Source: Bdellovibrionales bacterium
Lineage (GTDB): Bacteria > Bdellovibrionota > Bdellovibrionia > Bdellovibrionales > UBA1609
Length of the DNA stretch: 64,000 nucleotides
Reading direction: 5' to 3'
Assembly: GCA_965261545.1 (NCBI GenBank)
Contig: CBDHDF010000007.1
Location: forward strand, 192,001-256,000
Below the pieces are notes generated by a model. It was not told the DNA's origin and searched no databases. It saw only the letters and a list, made by a program, of their open reading frames with translations. Made by a program: the position numbers and the translations under genes. Positions 21,239 through 31,174 of this stretch are shown here, in pieces (within the stretch, counting starts at the first letter, position 1; every line of letters starts with the position of its first letter).

Positions 21239-22953
21239 GTAACTATTCAGGGTGTGCCGCATTAATTCGAACAATTTTTTTAAAAAAAGTATAAAAATTC
21301 TTGACAAGTTTTTGAAGCAAACGACCTCTTTCATTTGTTCTTTATCGAATATGTTCCTGCATATGCCTTAAACTCTCTGAGAGCCATAGTATTGAAAGAT
21401 TGTGAAACATAGGTCGCGGGGGGCACTTCTCATTCCTTTTGCTTCTTAGAACGAATCCTAGTGCATTTTTTTTAATGAAAAAAAGGCATGTTAATATTTT
21501 CATAAGGTAAGTATGAAAATAGAAAATATTGACGTGTCTTCAGCCATAAATAAAATCAGGAAGCTTCTTAAGAAAGAGAAGTCCCTTTCTCCCGCTTTTA
21601 TTGTGGCCATTGAGTTGTTGATCAAAATCATCACTATTCTAGTAAATCAAAAAAAATTAAATAGTCAAAACAGTAGTATTGCCCCTTCTCAAGATCCGAA
21701 TGGCCCTAAAAAGAAACCTAAGGAAGAAACTGGTAAGAAGCCAGGAGGACAACCCGGACACGAAGGAGCTACTTTAAAACCCGTGGATACTCCAGACAAG
21801 GTGGAGTTCATTTCTATTAATAAAGAGGAACTTCCTCCAGGTGATTACATTTCTTCTGGAGTTGAAAAGCGTCAAGTATTTGAGGTAGACCTTTCTGTGC
21901 ATGTCACGGAGTATCAAGGAGAAATCCTCGAAGACCAAGATGGGAATCAGTGGGTTGCAGGTTTTCCAGAAGGAATCAATAACCCAACTCAATATGGCCC
22001 TTCTGTGAAAGCTCACTCAGTTTATATGTCCCAGTTTCAGTTAATCCCTCATCTTCGAGTCGCAAGTTACTTTAATCAATGGGGTCTATCGCTTGCTGGA
22101 TCTACGGTACACAATTTTAACAAATCTGCCTTTGAGGCTCTGGAAGCTTTTGAGGAGTGGGCAAAGGAAACTCTTCTGAACTCACCTTTGATTCATGCTG
22201 ACGAAACTGGAGTGAATGTTAATGGGAAGAGGCTGTGGTTTCACCTCTTGTCCAATGATACTGTGGTTCTCTATCAGGTGGACGAAAAAAGAGGCGCAGA
22301 GGCTATGGATCGCATGGGAATTCTTCCAAAATACACAGGGATTGTTTGTCATGACCATTGGAAACCTTATTATACATATACTTCCTGCATTCATGCCCTT
22401 TGCAATGCGCACCATTTAAGGGAGCTTCAAAGAGCTTGGGAGCAAGATGATCAAAAATGGGCAAAAGAAATGAAGTCTCTTTTAGAGACAATAAACAAAG
22501 AGGTGCACGATACGCAGAACCAATGCCTTTCACAAGACCGAATTGAATATTACAAAGAGAAATATCGAAATATTCTCTTCGAAGGGGAAAAGGAATCTCC
22601 ATTAATGGAGAGGACAGAGAAAAAAAAGAAGGGAAAGGTTAAACAATCCAAATCTAGAAATTTACTAGATCGACTGAGAAACTTTGAAGATGATACCTTG
22701 CTATTTATGAAGGACCCCATAGTTCCATTTACGAATAATATAGCAGAAAATGATCTGAGAATGACCAAAGTTCAGCAGAAAATATCTGGGTGCTTTCGTT
22801 CGTTGATGGGAGCCAAGACATTTTGTAGAAACCGAAGCTTTCTCCTGACTTGCCAGAAAAATGGCATAGAACCTAAAGATGCTCTAAATATGCTATTTCA
22901 AGGAAAACTTCCCTCATTTATGACTCGAATTCGCCCACCCCCTGAATAGTTAC
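21239..22953 (+). mobile_element. IS66-family element (single-ORF, ISBst12-like), complete
   Basis: IRs GTAACTATTCAGGG / CCCTGAATAGTTAC. 8-bp TSD AAATTATC at 19529-19536 and 24662-24669, outside the two IS110 copies. Confidence 0.93.
21513..22949 (+). CDS. IS66 transposase (TnpC-like)
   Basis: NSQNSSIAPSQD, KPGGQPGHEG, HADETG, CHDHW, CNAHHLREL, PFTNNIAENDLR, KISGCFRS. Confidence 0.95.
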   Translation: MKIENIDVSSAINKIRKLLKKEKSLSPAFIVAIELLIKIITILVNQKKLNSQNSSIAPSQDPNGPKKKPKEETGKKPGGQPGHEGATLKPVDTPDKVEFISINKEELPPGDYISSGVEKRQVFEVDLSVHVTEYQGEILEDQDGNQWVAGFPEGINNPTQYGPSVKAHSVYMSQFQLIPHLRVASYFNQWGLSLAGSTVHNFNKSAFEALEAFEEWAKETLLNSPLIHADETGVNVNGKRLWFHLLSNDTVVLYQVDEKRGAEAMDRMGILPKYTGIVCHDHWKPYYTYTSCIHALCNAHHLRELQRAWEQDDQKWAKEMKSLLETINKEVHDTQNQCLSQDRIEYYKEKYRNILFEGEKESPLMERTEKKKKGKVKQSKSRNLLDRLRNFEDDTLLFMKDPIVPFTNNIAENDLRMTKVQQKISGCFRSLMGAKTFCRNRSFLLTCQKNGIEPKDALNMLFQGKLPSFMTRIRPPPE

Positions 22954-23041
22954 TATGAATCTCCGGGGTAGTTTGGACGCACGAATCCACTATCCGTTCT
23001 TCGAATTTTTTCAAATGTCCGAGTTTTTAAATCATCCTACA

Positions 23042-24247
23042 TTACATGAAATCATACTTTTTTAACGCTCTAATCCACCTTGGTGCATTTTTTTTCACCA
23101 TGAGCTTTTCATAGTCAATTCCAGGGTCTTTGTAGGGGGTGTCATTACTTATGACTGAATAAACAACTCCCATCATTTTGTGACCAACGGCAATCACTGA
23201 TCTCTTGTGCCCACGCCTTATAACAAGTGATTGGTATTTGCCTTTGAATTGTGAATTCGTCTTAATAGCACTATTGGCCATCTCACATACCAACGATTTC
23301 ACATATGTGTTCGCTTTCCTCGTTCGTGAAGACTTTTTTTTCCTGCGCTCTCATTATTGGATGGGCAAATCCCCATCCAGGAGCAAAAATTTCCTTTATT
23401 TTTAAAAGACTTCACATTGCCTCCTATTTCTGCAATCAAAAGCGCTGCACTTAATTCGTCAATTCCAGGTATAGTCTGGAGTAGATGCCACTGCCTTTCA
23501 TAGGGTTTCATACGAATGAAAAGTTCTTCTTCAATTTGAGAGCATTCTTTTTTCAAAAAATCTATTCGATCAAGAATGCGTTGAAGAACAAAACAATTTT
23601 CTTCCGTCATCTTTCCCGACAGGGCGTAAGAAAATTCTTCGGTCTTTTGACGTAAAGACCCTCTGGCAAGAGACATCAATTTAGAAACTGATCTCTCTCC
23701 ATTAGCTATGGCACGAATCATGGCCATACCAGATACGCAGTCAGCTTTAGACATTGCATAGGTTAAACGAATGCCTGAATATTCAAGAACCTTATACATA
23801 CGATTTTGTTCCGAAGATATTTGGCGGATCGTTTTTGTACGATAACGAGCCAAAAGTCTAATAGAACGAATCTCACGTGGAGGAATGAAGCTAGCTCTTA
23901 GAAGACCACAAGCACCAAGCTCTGCAATCCACTGGCTATCCAACACGTCAGTTTTTTTACCAGTAATATTTTTGACATGAAAGGCATTGATAACATCTAC
24001 TTCATAACCTTTTTCTGTCAAATCATCGTATAAAGAATTCCAATAAATCCATCCCTGTGCTCTCAAAAAGAACTCTCTCAACCTTATGTGGCTTCATCCA
24101 AGAGCGCATTCTAGGAAAATTTTTTGGAAAATTCTTGAACTCTTTTGTGAAAAACTTCTTCTTACCGTCTTCCACTTTGACAATCGTACACATCAACATA
24201 TGTTGATGAACATCTATTCCACAAACAGAACTATAAATAATATCCAC
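23042..24247 (-). pseudogene. IS110 recombinase with a 4-bp GGAT duplication and an A8 run
   Basis: ATCCATCC at 24047-24054 breaks ESTG-IYW; T8 at 23334-23341; R>C change (ENCF). Confidence 0.9.
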
Positions 24248-24275
24248 ATGACTCCTCCTTTCTGTTAGAAAAAAA

Positions 24276-24462
24276 GAAGGTGATAAAACTAGAGCCTTGG
24301 GATTTTGCCATAAATTCTAAAGCGAAAATAGGTCAACTTACTATACGTCCATACACTCAGAGTGCAGGTACATGCGTGGGTTCGATCCAAAGCTCAAGAC
24401 CATGTTACTTCACGGAATTAAAATTACCAATCTATTCAACGGCCACTCATCTTATCACCTTC
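24276..24462 (-). ncRNA. Putative bridge RNA, copy 2
   Basis: Same sequence as 19735-19921. Confidence 0.7.
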
Positions 24463-25133
24463 CAATAATGTTATTGCTTTATCCTTTATTGTATCGGAAT
24501 CATACATGACAAAAATACCATCAAAAGTCCAGAGTAACTAAAAGAGGCCAATTATATAGACCAGCGAAGCTGTCCACCGAGTTGCTTCGTGCAAAGAAGT
24601 GGGGGCCTAGATAAGATTCATGGGCGTGGGTGGGGAAGCAAGGCGCCCCCATGAATGTTACAAATTATCAAGAATAAAATATTATCAAAGTGGAATTATT
24701 CAATAGTTCCATCCTAAATTGAATTGTGAATTGTTCAACTTATTTTGACACACCTCCTTAGTTTTGGACCTAGTTCAAACTCTGGGGAATTCAATTACGT
24801 AACAAAGCAAGTTTCATATATAAATATACAAATGAGACAAGCACAAGAGACGTGATCTTTATTGAGACAAAATCAATTTTTACTAGACTTTGGTAGAATC
24901 CCTTAGTATCCTTAAAATTAAGAAGCAGCATGATAAAGATTAAGAAATATATATAAGAATACGAAACCAATAAGAATTACGAAATAAAATTAAAGACTCC
25001 ATGGACCGAAGGCTTTGACGAGTGGCCTAAGGGTCCTAGCAAAAGAAGAGAAGCGGCACAAGGAAGTGCTAAAGTAGAACGTATATGCAAAAGGAGGTGG
25101 CACGAAAAAATAAAGCTAACTTCGGGCAATTCC

Positions 25134-25226
25134 TTTCTTTGATCAAGGCAAACTAGGGGAAACACTAGGACGCAAAACTAAGGAGCTAAGGTCGTGGATG
25201 ACTAAGCTTGCCAGTTGCCAGAGAAA
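25134..25226 (+). promoter_or_regulatory. c-di-GMP-I (GEMM) riboswitch aptamer
   Basis: GGCAAA-CTAGGG-GAAA-CACTAG-GACGCAAAACT...CTAAG-GTCG/TGAC-TAAG...GCCAGTTGCC. P1 is TTTCTTT/AGAGAAA. GNRA loop and receptor are present. Confidence 0.9.
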
Positions 25227-25288
25227 ACTGATTATTGGCTTTGAAATAAAATGGAAGGATATGACCGGGGAACAATACATATCCCTGT

Positions 25289-25324
25289 AAGCCCACCTTG
25301 ATTTGCTAAGGTGGGCTTCTTTTG
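25289..25324 (+). terminator. Intrinsic terminator
   Basis: AAGCCCACCTT-loop-AAGGTGGGCTT followed by CTTTTGTT. Confidence 0.8.
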
Positions 25325-25487
25325 TTGCAACTCGCCGTGTCGCAACCCTAGGAATGTTTCAACTCGACAGTGAGAGCTAAATAAATCCACTCCGAGAACT
25401 GAAAAATGGCTCAATAGGCCCTGCGACAGCGACTAAACTATTTAATTGTAAGATTTTTATATTGCCTTATCACTTGAAGGAGCTATA

Positions 25488-26396
25488 ATGCTGCGAATGA
25501 GATGCCACAATGAAAATAAGCCTATGAAGCCATCCATGAAAGTCGAATCCACAATAAGGGAACAAATACTTGTGTTCTACATGGTGCTTCTGATGATGAT
25601 GGCGATATCAGTGGCTCATCCACTTGGTGCTGCCACAACAACCACTGCTGCCCCCCCACAACCCACATTCCAAAGTGAGAACCAAGAGCCCAAGGGGATG
25701 GTTGAACCGACAACTGTGAAGAAGGCCGTGACGAAGACTGTTGCTAGCAGCGCTTTCGATTCAACCCTTACAAAGACTCTCAAAAGATATCATCGTGCCC
25801 AAGATGTCTCTTCAACTCTGACCAAAGAGATGACCTTTCCCCTTCTTGGGAAAACACAAATGAGTCAGGGTAAATTGTATTTTTCCAAAGGCAAACTACG
25901 CATGGAAATACAAGGGGCAGATAAAATGACCTTGGTTTTGGATGGTCAGAAGCTATGGATAGAGAGAAGGTTTAGCCGTGAATTGGGAGGCCAAGTTCAA
26001 GTGATGCAAATGGCTCTCCATAGCGAAGAGAAAAGCCTTCAAAGTTTGCTGCCTCTCATTTTAGGCCAAAAGAGTTTCTTGGAAGACTTTGATATTGCGA
26101 AAAAGAATATTGTGAAAAAGAATATTGCAGAAAAGCACCTTAAGCACAAAGGCCAAAAGGGTCAGCAGGTCTTTGACCTTCGACCTAAGGCAGGGAAAAA
26201 ATACCAAAACCTTGTCCGAATGGAAATAACTATTGAACGCGAAGAACTCAAAGAACTTATTTATTGGGACGAGCTTGAAAACAAAGTTCATTACAAATTC
26301 GGTGGGCCTCAGTTCAATACCAAGATTTCCCAGAAATATTTTTCGTACTTACCTCCCAAGGGTGCAAAGGTCATAAACCACAAACTACAAAGGTAA
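25488..26396 (+). CDS. LolA-family outer-membrane lipoprotein carrier
   Basis: Signal peptide; SQGKLYFSKGKLRME...LVLDGQKLW; YWDELENKVHYKF...FSYLPPKGA. Start uncertain. Confidence 0.8.
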   Translation: MLRMRCHNENKPMKPSMKVESTIREQILVFYMVLLMMMAISVAHPLGAATTTTAAPPQPTFQSENQEPKGMVEPTTVKKAVTKTVASSAFDSTLTKTLKRYHRAQDVSSTLTKEMTFPLLGKTQMSQGKLYFSKGKLRMEIQGADKMTLVLDGQKLWIERRFSRELGGQVQVMQMALHSEEKSLQSLLPLILGQKSFLEDFDIAKKNIVKKNIAEKHLKHKGQKGQQVFDLRPKAGKKYQNLVRMEITIEREELKELIYWDELENKVHYKFGGPQFNTKISQKYFSYLPPKGAKVINHKLQR

Positions 26397-26402
26397 GTCC
26401 CC

Positions 26403-27800
26403 ATGGATTCCCCCCCTCTCAAAGATCATTCCACCAAAAAAAAAGTTCATTTTATTAGTCTTGGTTGTCCTAAAAACTTAGTGGACACAGAGATGATGTT
26501 GGGTTCTCTCACTCAAGAAGGCTATGAATTGACCGAAAATGAATCCGAAGCTGAAGCCATTGTTATCAATACATGTGGCTTTATTGGTGGAGCCAAAGAA
26601 GAATCTATAAGGCATATTCTCGATGCTTCTGAACTTAAAAAGAAAGGCTCCCTCAAAAGACTCCTTGTGGCGGGTTGTCTCACCCAAAGATACAAAGAAG
26701 AACTGCTGGAGGCCCTGCCTGAGGCTGATGCCCTTATTGGGTCAGGTGAGTTTCAGAATATCGCCCATATCATGAAGGAAATAGAAGAAGGCACCACCAC
26801 CGGGCGATCCAAGCTCAAATCTTTTTTTCACAAACCAACTTTTTTGCAACAAGACTCAACTCCAAGGCTTCGTTCGGGTCCCAAGCATATGGCTTACCTC
26901 AAAATATCAGAGGGCTGCAAAAAGAGATGTGCTTTTTGTGCTATTCCTCATATCCGAGGGAACTTGCAATCTCGAACTCTCGATGGAGTTGTCAGCGAGG
27001 CTAAGCTTCTTGTGGCCAGTGGAGTGAAAGAACTCATTGTCATTTCCCATGATTTTACAGATTACGGTTGGGACTTGCGCAGAAAAAATCATGGGGCTTT
27101 GGAATCACCCAAAGAGCTTTTGCGTCGTTTATCTGATGAATCGGGTGCCCAGTGGATTCGAGTTCTTTACCTTTATCCCGACGGCATTGATCAAGAACTT
27201 GTTGAATTAGTGAAAGAACGCCCTAACCTTGTCAATTATTTTGATATACCTTTACAACATATCAACAATGATATGCTAAAATCCATGAATCGAAGAATGA
27301 CACGACAGCAGATTGAAGAGGCTCTTCAGATAATAAGAAAAGAAATTCCCCATGCAGTGATTAGAACTCAATTTATTGTGGGTTTTCCTGGAGAAACAGA
27401 AGAATCGTTTCAAGAACTCTTGGATTTTGTCGAAGAGCAGAAGTTTGATCGTGTGGGAGGTTTTAAGTACTCACGAGAAGAAGGGACAAAGGCTCACAAC
27501 ATGGACCACCAAGTGTCGGAAGAAATAAAATCCGCAAGATATGAGCAGCTTATGACTCTTCAAAGAAAAATAAGCCGACAAAAGCATCGCTCCTTTGTGG
27601 GAAAAACCCTTTCTGTGATCATAGAAGGTCTCAGTAAAGAAACCGACCTTTTATTGAAAGGTCGGTTTTCCCTTCAAGCTCCCGAAATTGATGGAGTGAC
27701 CTATATCAACTCCGGGGAGGCCAACATAGGCGATATTGTTCCCGTCCTTATCACTGATTCCCACGACTACGACCTCGTGGGTGAGATTGTAGAAACCTAG
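26403..27800 (+). CDS. rimO: Ribosomal protein S12 methylthiotransferase
   Basis: SLGCPKNLVDTE, NTCGFI, YLKISEGCKKRCAFCAIP, YLYP, APEIDG. Confidence 0.96.
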   Translation: MDSPPLKDHSTKKKVHFISLGCPKNLVDTEMMLGSLTQEGYELTENESEAEAIVINTCGFIGGAKEESIRHILDASELKKKGSLKRLLVAGCLTQRYKEELLEALPEADALIGSGEFQNIAHIMKEIEEGTTTGRSKLKSFFHKPTFLQQDSTPRLRSGPKHMAYLKISEGCKKRCAFCAIPHIRGNLQSRTLDGVVSEAKLLVASGVKELIVISHDFTDYGWDLRRKNHGALESPKELLRRLSDESGAQWIRVLYLYPDGIDQELVELVKERPNLVNYFDIPLQHINNDMLKSMNRRMTRQQIEEALQIIRKEIPHAVIRTQFIVGFPGETEESFQELLDFVEEQKFDRVGGFKYSREEGTKAHNMDHQVSEEIKSARYEQLMTLQRKISRQKHRSFVGKTLSVIIEGLSKETDLLLKGRFSLQAPEIDGVTYINSGEANIGDIVPVLITDSHDYDLVGEIVET

Positions 27801-29951
27801 TTAGTTCCTGTCCAGGGAAGAAAGTTAAGTAGTTTTAAGTATTTACATGCCTTCCCTTTAGATTTTATGCTTTAAAATGGAGTCCATCAAACATAATCCG
27901 TGTAAATTCAGTTACTTACATAAAACGGAAAAATAAAATAAGTTCCCCCCCCTCTCTTGACGAACCTTTCACAGCCCCTCCCTTTCAGTGACTTATGTGG
28001 CTATCAACTGGTTACTTGATATGAGAGGAAGAGTTGGATCAACCTGTGTTTCCACCGTGGTGATTTCAAACCTCCTTCAGGGAAATAACATTACGTTGCG
28101 CATCAACTTCAAAAAATACTTGACGTGTTTTTTCAGAGAAATAATTTTTGATATTTTATTCTTCATTTATTTTTTATGTAGGTTTTAGGAGGCGTGGGAA
28201 CCTCTCTATGAGGTAGAATTCTTATCCATGTTCTCCGAGAACCTCTCTGATTTTTTTCTTCTTAAAAGACATCCTTGCTCACTTTTTTCCCTCAAAAAAA
28301 CGTATGTTAATATAAAAATTAAAGAGAAACTTTCACCAAAGGGGGGACTATGCGCCATTTGAAGAAGACACAGTTGGGACTCTTTTCCCAATATCCTAAC
28401 CACCAACTCAGTACAGAATTGCAGCAAATTAATAACATCATTGATCGCCATCCAGAGTTTGCCCATATGGTTCATGAAGACCTTGTTAAAGAAAAGAAAG
28501 ATTCTGGTGATATTGGTATGACATCGGAGCAAGTTCTCAAGGTGGCTATTCTTAAATCCATAAGAGGTCTTTCCTATCGTGCGTTAGCCTTTAATCTTGT
28601 CGATTCAGTATCCACCAGAGCTTTTCTGGGCCTTGAATTGGAAGAAAATTACGCTCACTCCACCTTACAGGACTTGATTGTTCAAATAAGTGAAGAAACT
28701 TGGGGAATTATTAGCGCCTCTTTAGTTTCAGATGCAAGAGATCAAAAGATTGAGCCGTGTAAGAAAATGAGATTGGACAGTACAGTGACGAAATCAAATA
28801 TTCATCATCCAACGGATGCATCGCTTTTATATGACTGCATAAGAGTTACAGAAAGAGAATTTAAAAAAGTTCGTAAAAATGTCATGAAAGATTTTTGGCG
28901 ACTTATTTCAAGAGAAGATCTTAAGAGAGCAAAAACCTTGCTTTACAAAATTAATAATTCCAAAAATGATGCGGAAAGACTACCTTGCTATAAGGAGCTT
29001 TTAAAAATCGCTACCAAATTGAACAAAGGATTACCTGATACCATCAGAAAGATAAAAAAAGAACAAAAATGTGTGAAGATGAATGCTTTGAAAAAGAGTC
29101 TAAAACAGTTAGAAAATGTTGCCTTCTACCTGGAAAAAATCATCTTTCAAACTCAAAAAAGAGTTATTGAGGGGAAAAAAGTATCTTCTGAAAAAAAGGT
29201 CCTATCCATCTTTGAACCGCATACAGACATTATTGTAAAGGGGCAAAGAGAAGTCGAGTTTGGGCATAAAATCTTTCTGACCTCAGGGCAAAGCAACATG
29301 ATTTTAGATTGTCAGATCCCTGATGGCAACCCCGCAGACTCTGATATGTTTTTAAAAGTTATGAATTCAGTGACACAAACCTATGGGGCTTGCCCTGTAA
29401 AAGTAAGTGCAGATGGTGGGTTTGCTTCAAAAGAAAATCTTGAAGAGGCCAAAGAGATGGGGGCTAAAGATGTTTGCTTCCCAGAAAAAAAAGGAATGAA
29501 AATATTAAAGATGGTTAAAAGTGCTTGGGTCTTTAAAAATCTTCTCAATTGGAGAGCCGGAATAGAGGCTGTTATTTCATTCCTTAAGAGATGTTTTGGT
29601 ATGAGAGTTGCTTACTGGAAAGGGCATGATGGTTTTAAGAGGTATGTAAAGAATGCCGTTTGTGCCTATAATTTTGTTGTCTTGGCAAGACATGAATTAT
29701 CAACTGTCACCTAAATTTATCCATTAGGAATAACAGCAATGGACCAGGTCGAAGGTGCTAAAATCTTCCAAAGGTAGGGGTGCGTCTTCAAATCGAAAAA
29801 ACTAGGGCGCAAGTCGCTTAAAGACCTTTTTCCCCTTAATCTGTAGAGTTTGTGTGGCAAATCTCCAACTCTCACTCCCCCATTGAGGCATTGGGAGGCT
29901 CAATGGGGAGTGTCAGAGAACAAAAAATGGGCCTTTCTGGACAGAAACTAA
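27801..29951 (+). mobile_element. DDE insertion sequence (ISNCY/IS5-like)
   Basis: Terminal IR TTAGTTCCTGTCCAG / CTGGACAGAAACTAA. Flanks are not a direct repeat (rimO stop on the left, IS66 3' end on the right). Confidence 0.8.
28350..29714 (+). CDS. DDE transposase (ISNCY/IS5-like)
   Basis: RLDSTVTKSNIHHPTD, SIFEPHTDIIVKG, EFGHK, SADGGF, WRAGIEAVISFLKR. Confidence 0.9.
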   Translation: MRHLKKTQLGLFSQYPNHQLSTELQQINNIIDRHPEFAHMVHEDLVKEKKDSGDIGMTSEQVLKVAILKSIRGLSYRALAFNLVDSVSTRAFLGLELEENYAHSTLQDLIVQISEETWGIISASLVSDARDQKIEPCKKMRLDSTVTKSNIHHPTDASLLYDCIRVTEREFKKVRKNVMKDFWRLISREDLKRAKTLLYKINNSKNDAERLPCYKELLKIATKLNKGLPDTIRKIKKEQKCVKMNALKKSLKQLENVAFYLEKIIFQTQKRVIEGKKVSSEKKVLSIFEPHTDIIVKGQREVEFGHKIFLTSGQSNMILDCQIPDGNPADSDMFLKVMNSVTQTYGACPVKVSADGGFASKENLEEAKEMGAKDVCFPEKKGMKILKMVKSAWVFKNLLNWRAGIEAVISFLKRCFGMRVAYWKGHDGFKRYVKNAVCAYNFVVLARHELSTVT

Positions 29952-30013
29952 ATATGCTATTTCAAGGAAAACTTCCCTCATTTATGACTCGAATTCGCCC
30001 ACCCCCTGAATAG
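29948..30013 (+). mobile_element. Right-end remnant of a second IS66 copy; the IR is completed at 34756-34764 after the IS21 insertion
   Basis: CTAAATATGCTATTTCAAGG...CCCCCTGAATAG matches 22884-22949. Confidence 0.9.
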
Positions 30014-31174
30014 TGTTAGGCGCCAATTAAAATTGGCCATTTTTAGAAGCCGTCGCCAATGAAAAACGGCCAGTTGATGATGTACTGATTTAGTTATTCT
30101 TCGTTCAGAGTTTAGTCAAGTGTCTTTATTTTGCTCATCATTTAACTCGGACTATGCCACAAGATTCTGAGGAATGATTTTCTGCCCACCACTTTTGGCA
30201 TGACCCCAAATGCATCCTTCAGCCCTATGGCAGAGGTAAATGGAGTATTTTTCAGGATTCCTTGGCGCAGCTAATGTCTAAAGCTCCGCGAGAGTGACGA
30301 GCAAATAGTACGGTAAAAGCCAGTTATCCATAAATTTATCCATGGCGACACTGCGGCTGTGACCCCGATGTCTAGCAACGCAGTGCTGCTGTGGATAAAT
30401 TTTGTGGATAACTGGCGAGTTCCTTCCCCAAAAGTGGGGATCTCTAATGAACTTCTTTGGTTGAACTTTCCTCTTTGCTCTGTTTAGACTTGGCTTTTGC
30501 CGATTCGGTTCTCCAACTTTCTTTTCCTTCAATGTTGAGGGTTTCACAGTTGTGAATGATTCGATCAACAGCAGCAGCGGTGGTAATAGGGTTAAGAAAC
30601 ACCTTATCCCATTCAGAGTATGTTAAGTTTGTAGTGATCATGAGACTTTTCCTTTCATATCGCTGAGATATGAATTGAAAGAAAAGATCTGCCCCCTCTG
30701 TGCAGGAAGCTGTATAGCCAAGTTCATCACAAGCAATAAGATCAAAACGGTCTAATTTCTTAAAAAGAGCATTCAATGAGAGTTCTTTCTTGCTTTCACG
30801 CATTGTTTCAATAAGTTCATGAGTGGTGACCCATAAACATCGATAGCCTTGTTCACAGAGTGAACGAACTAGGGACATGGCCAAATGACTTTTCCCCATT
30901 CCAAAGCTTCCGTAAAACACAACATTACAGGCTTTTCTGACCCACTCTCCCTCTGCCATCCAATTAATTTGCTGAGCTGTCACTCCCGTTCTTTTCTGGA
31001 AGTTATAAGTTTGGAGTGATTTAAGTTGAGGAAGCTTGGCCCCCTTAAGCAATCTTTTCACTCTCTGGGAATGCTTGTCAGCAAGCTCATTTTGAACGAG
31101 TATACCTAAATACTGTTCATACGTCTTTTTTGTTTTTTCGGCAACTCTAGCCGTTGCAACATATTCATCCGCCA

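Larger units (their letters stand above)
19537..21242 (+). mobile_element. IS110-family element, copy 1 (GTAA at both ends)
   Basis: Ends GTAACATTCATGGGGG...CCCCGGAGATTCATAGTAA are shared by five copies with different flanks. Long left non-coding end (~410 bp), short right end (~90 bp). Confidence 0.95.
22950..24661 (-). mobile_element. IS110-family element, copy 2 (1712 bp)
   Basis: Reverse-complement copy of copy 1; its right end abuts the IS66 right IR. Confidence 0.95.
19476..24803. mobile_element. MITE-like element (~195 bp when reconstituted), split by the IS66/IS110 composite
   Basis: Inverted repeats GTTACGTACCTGAATTCCCCAGCGTTT (19476-19502) and the reverse complement of 24777-24803 match at 24/27. 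No clean TSD. Confidence 0.5.
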
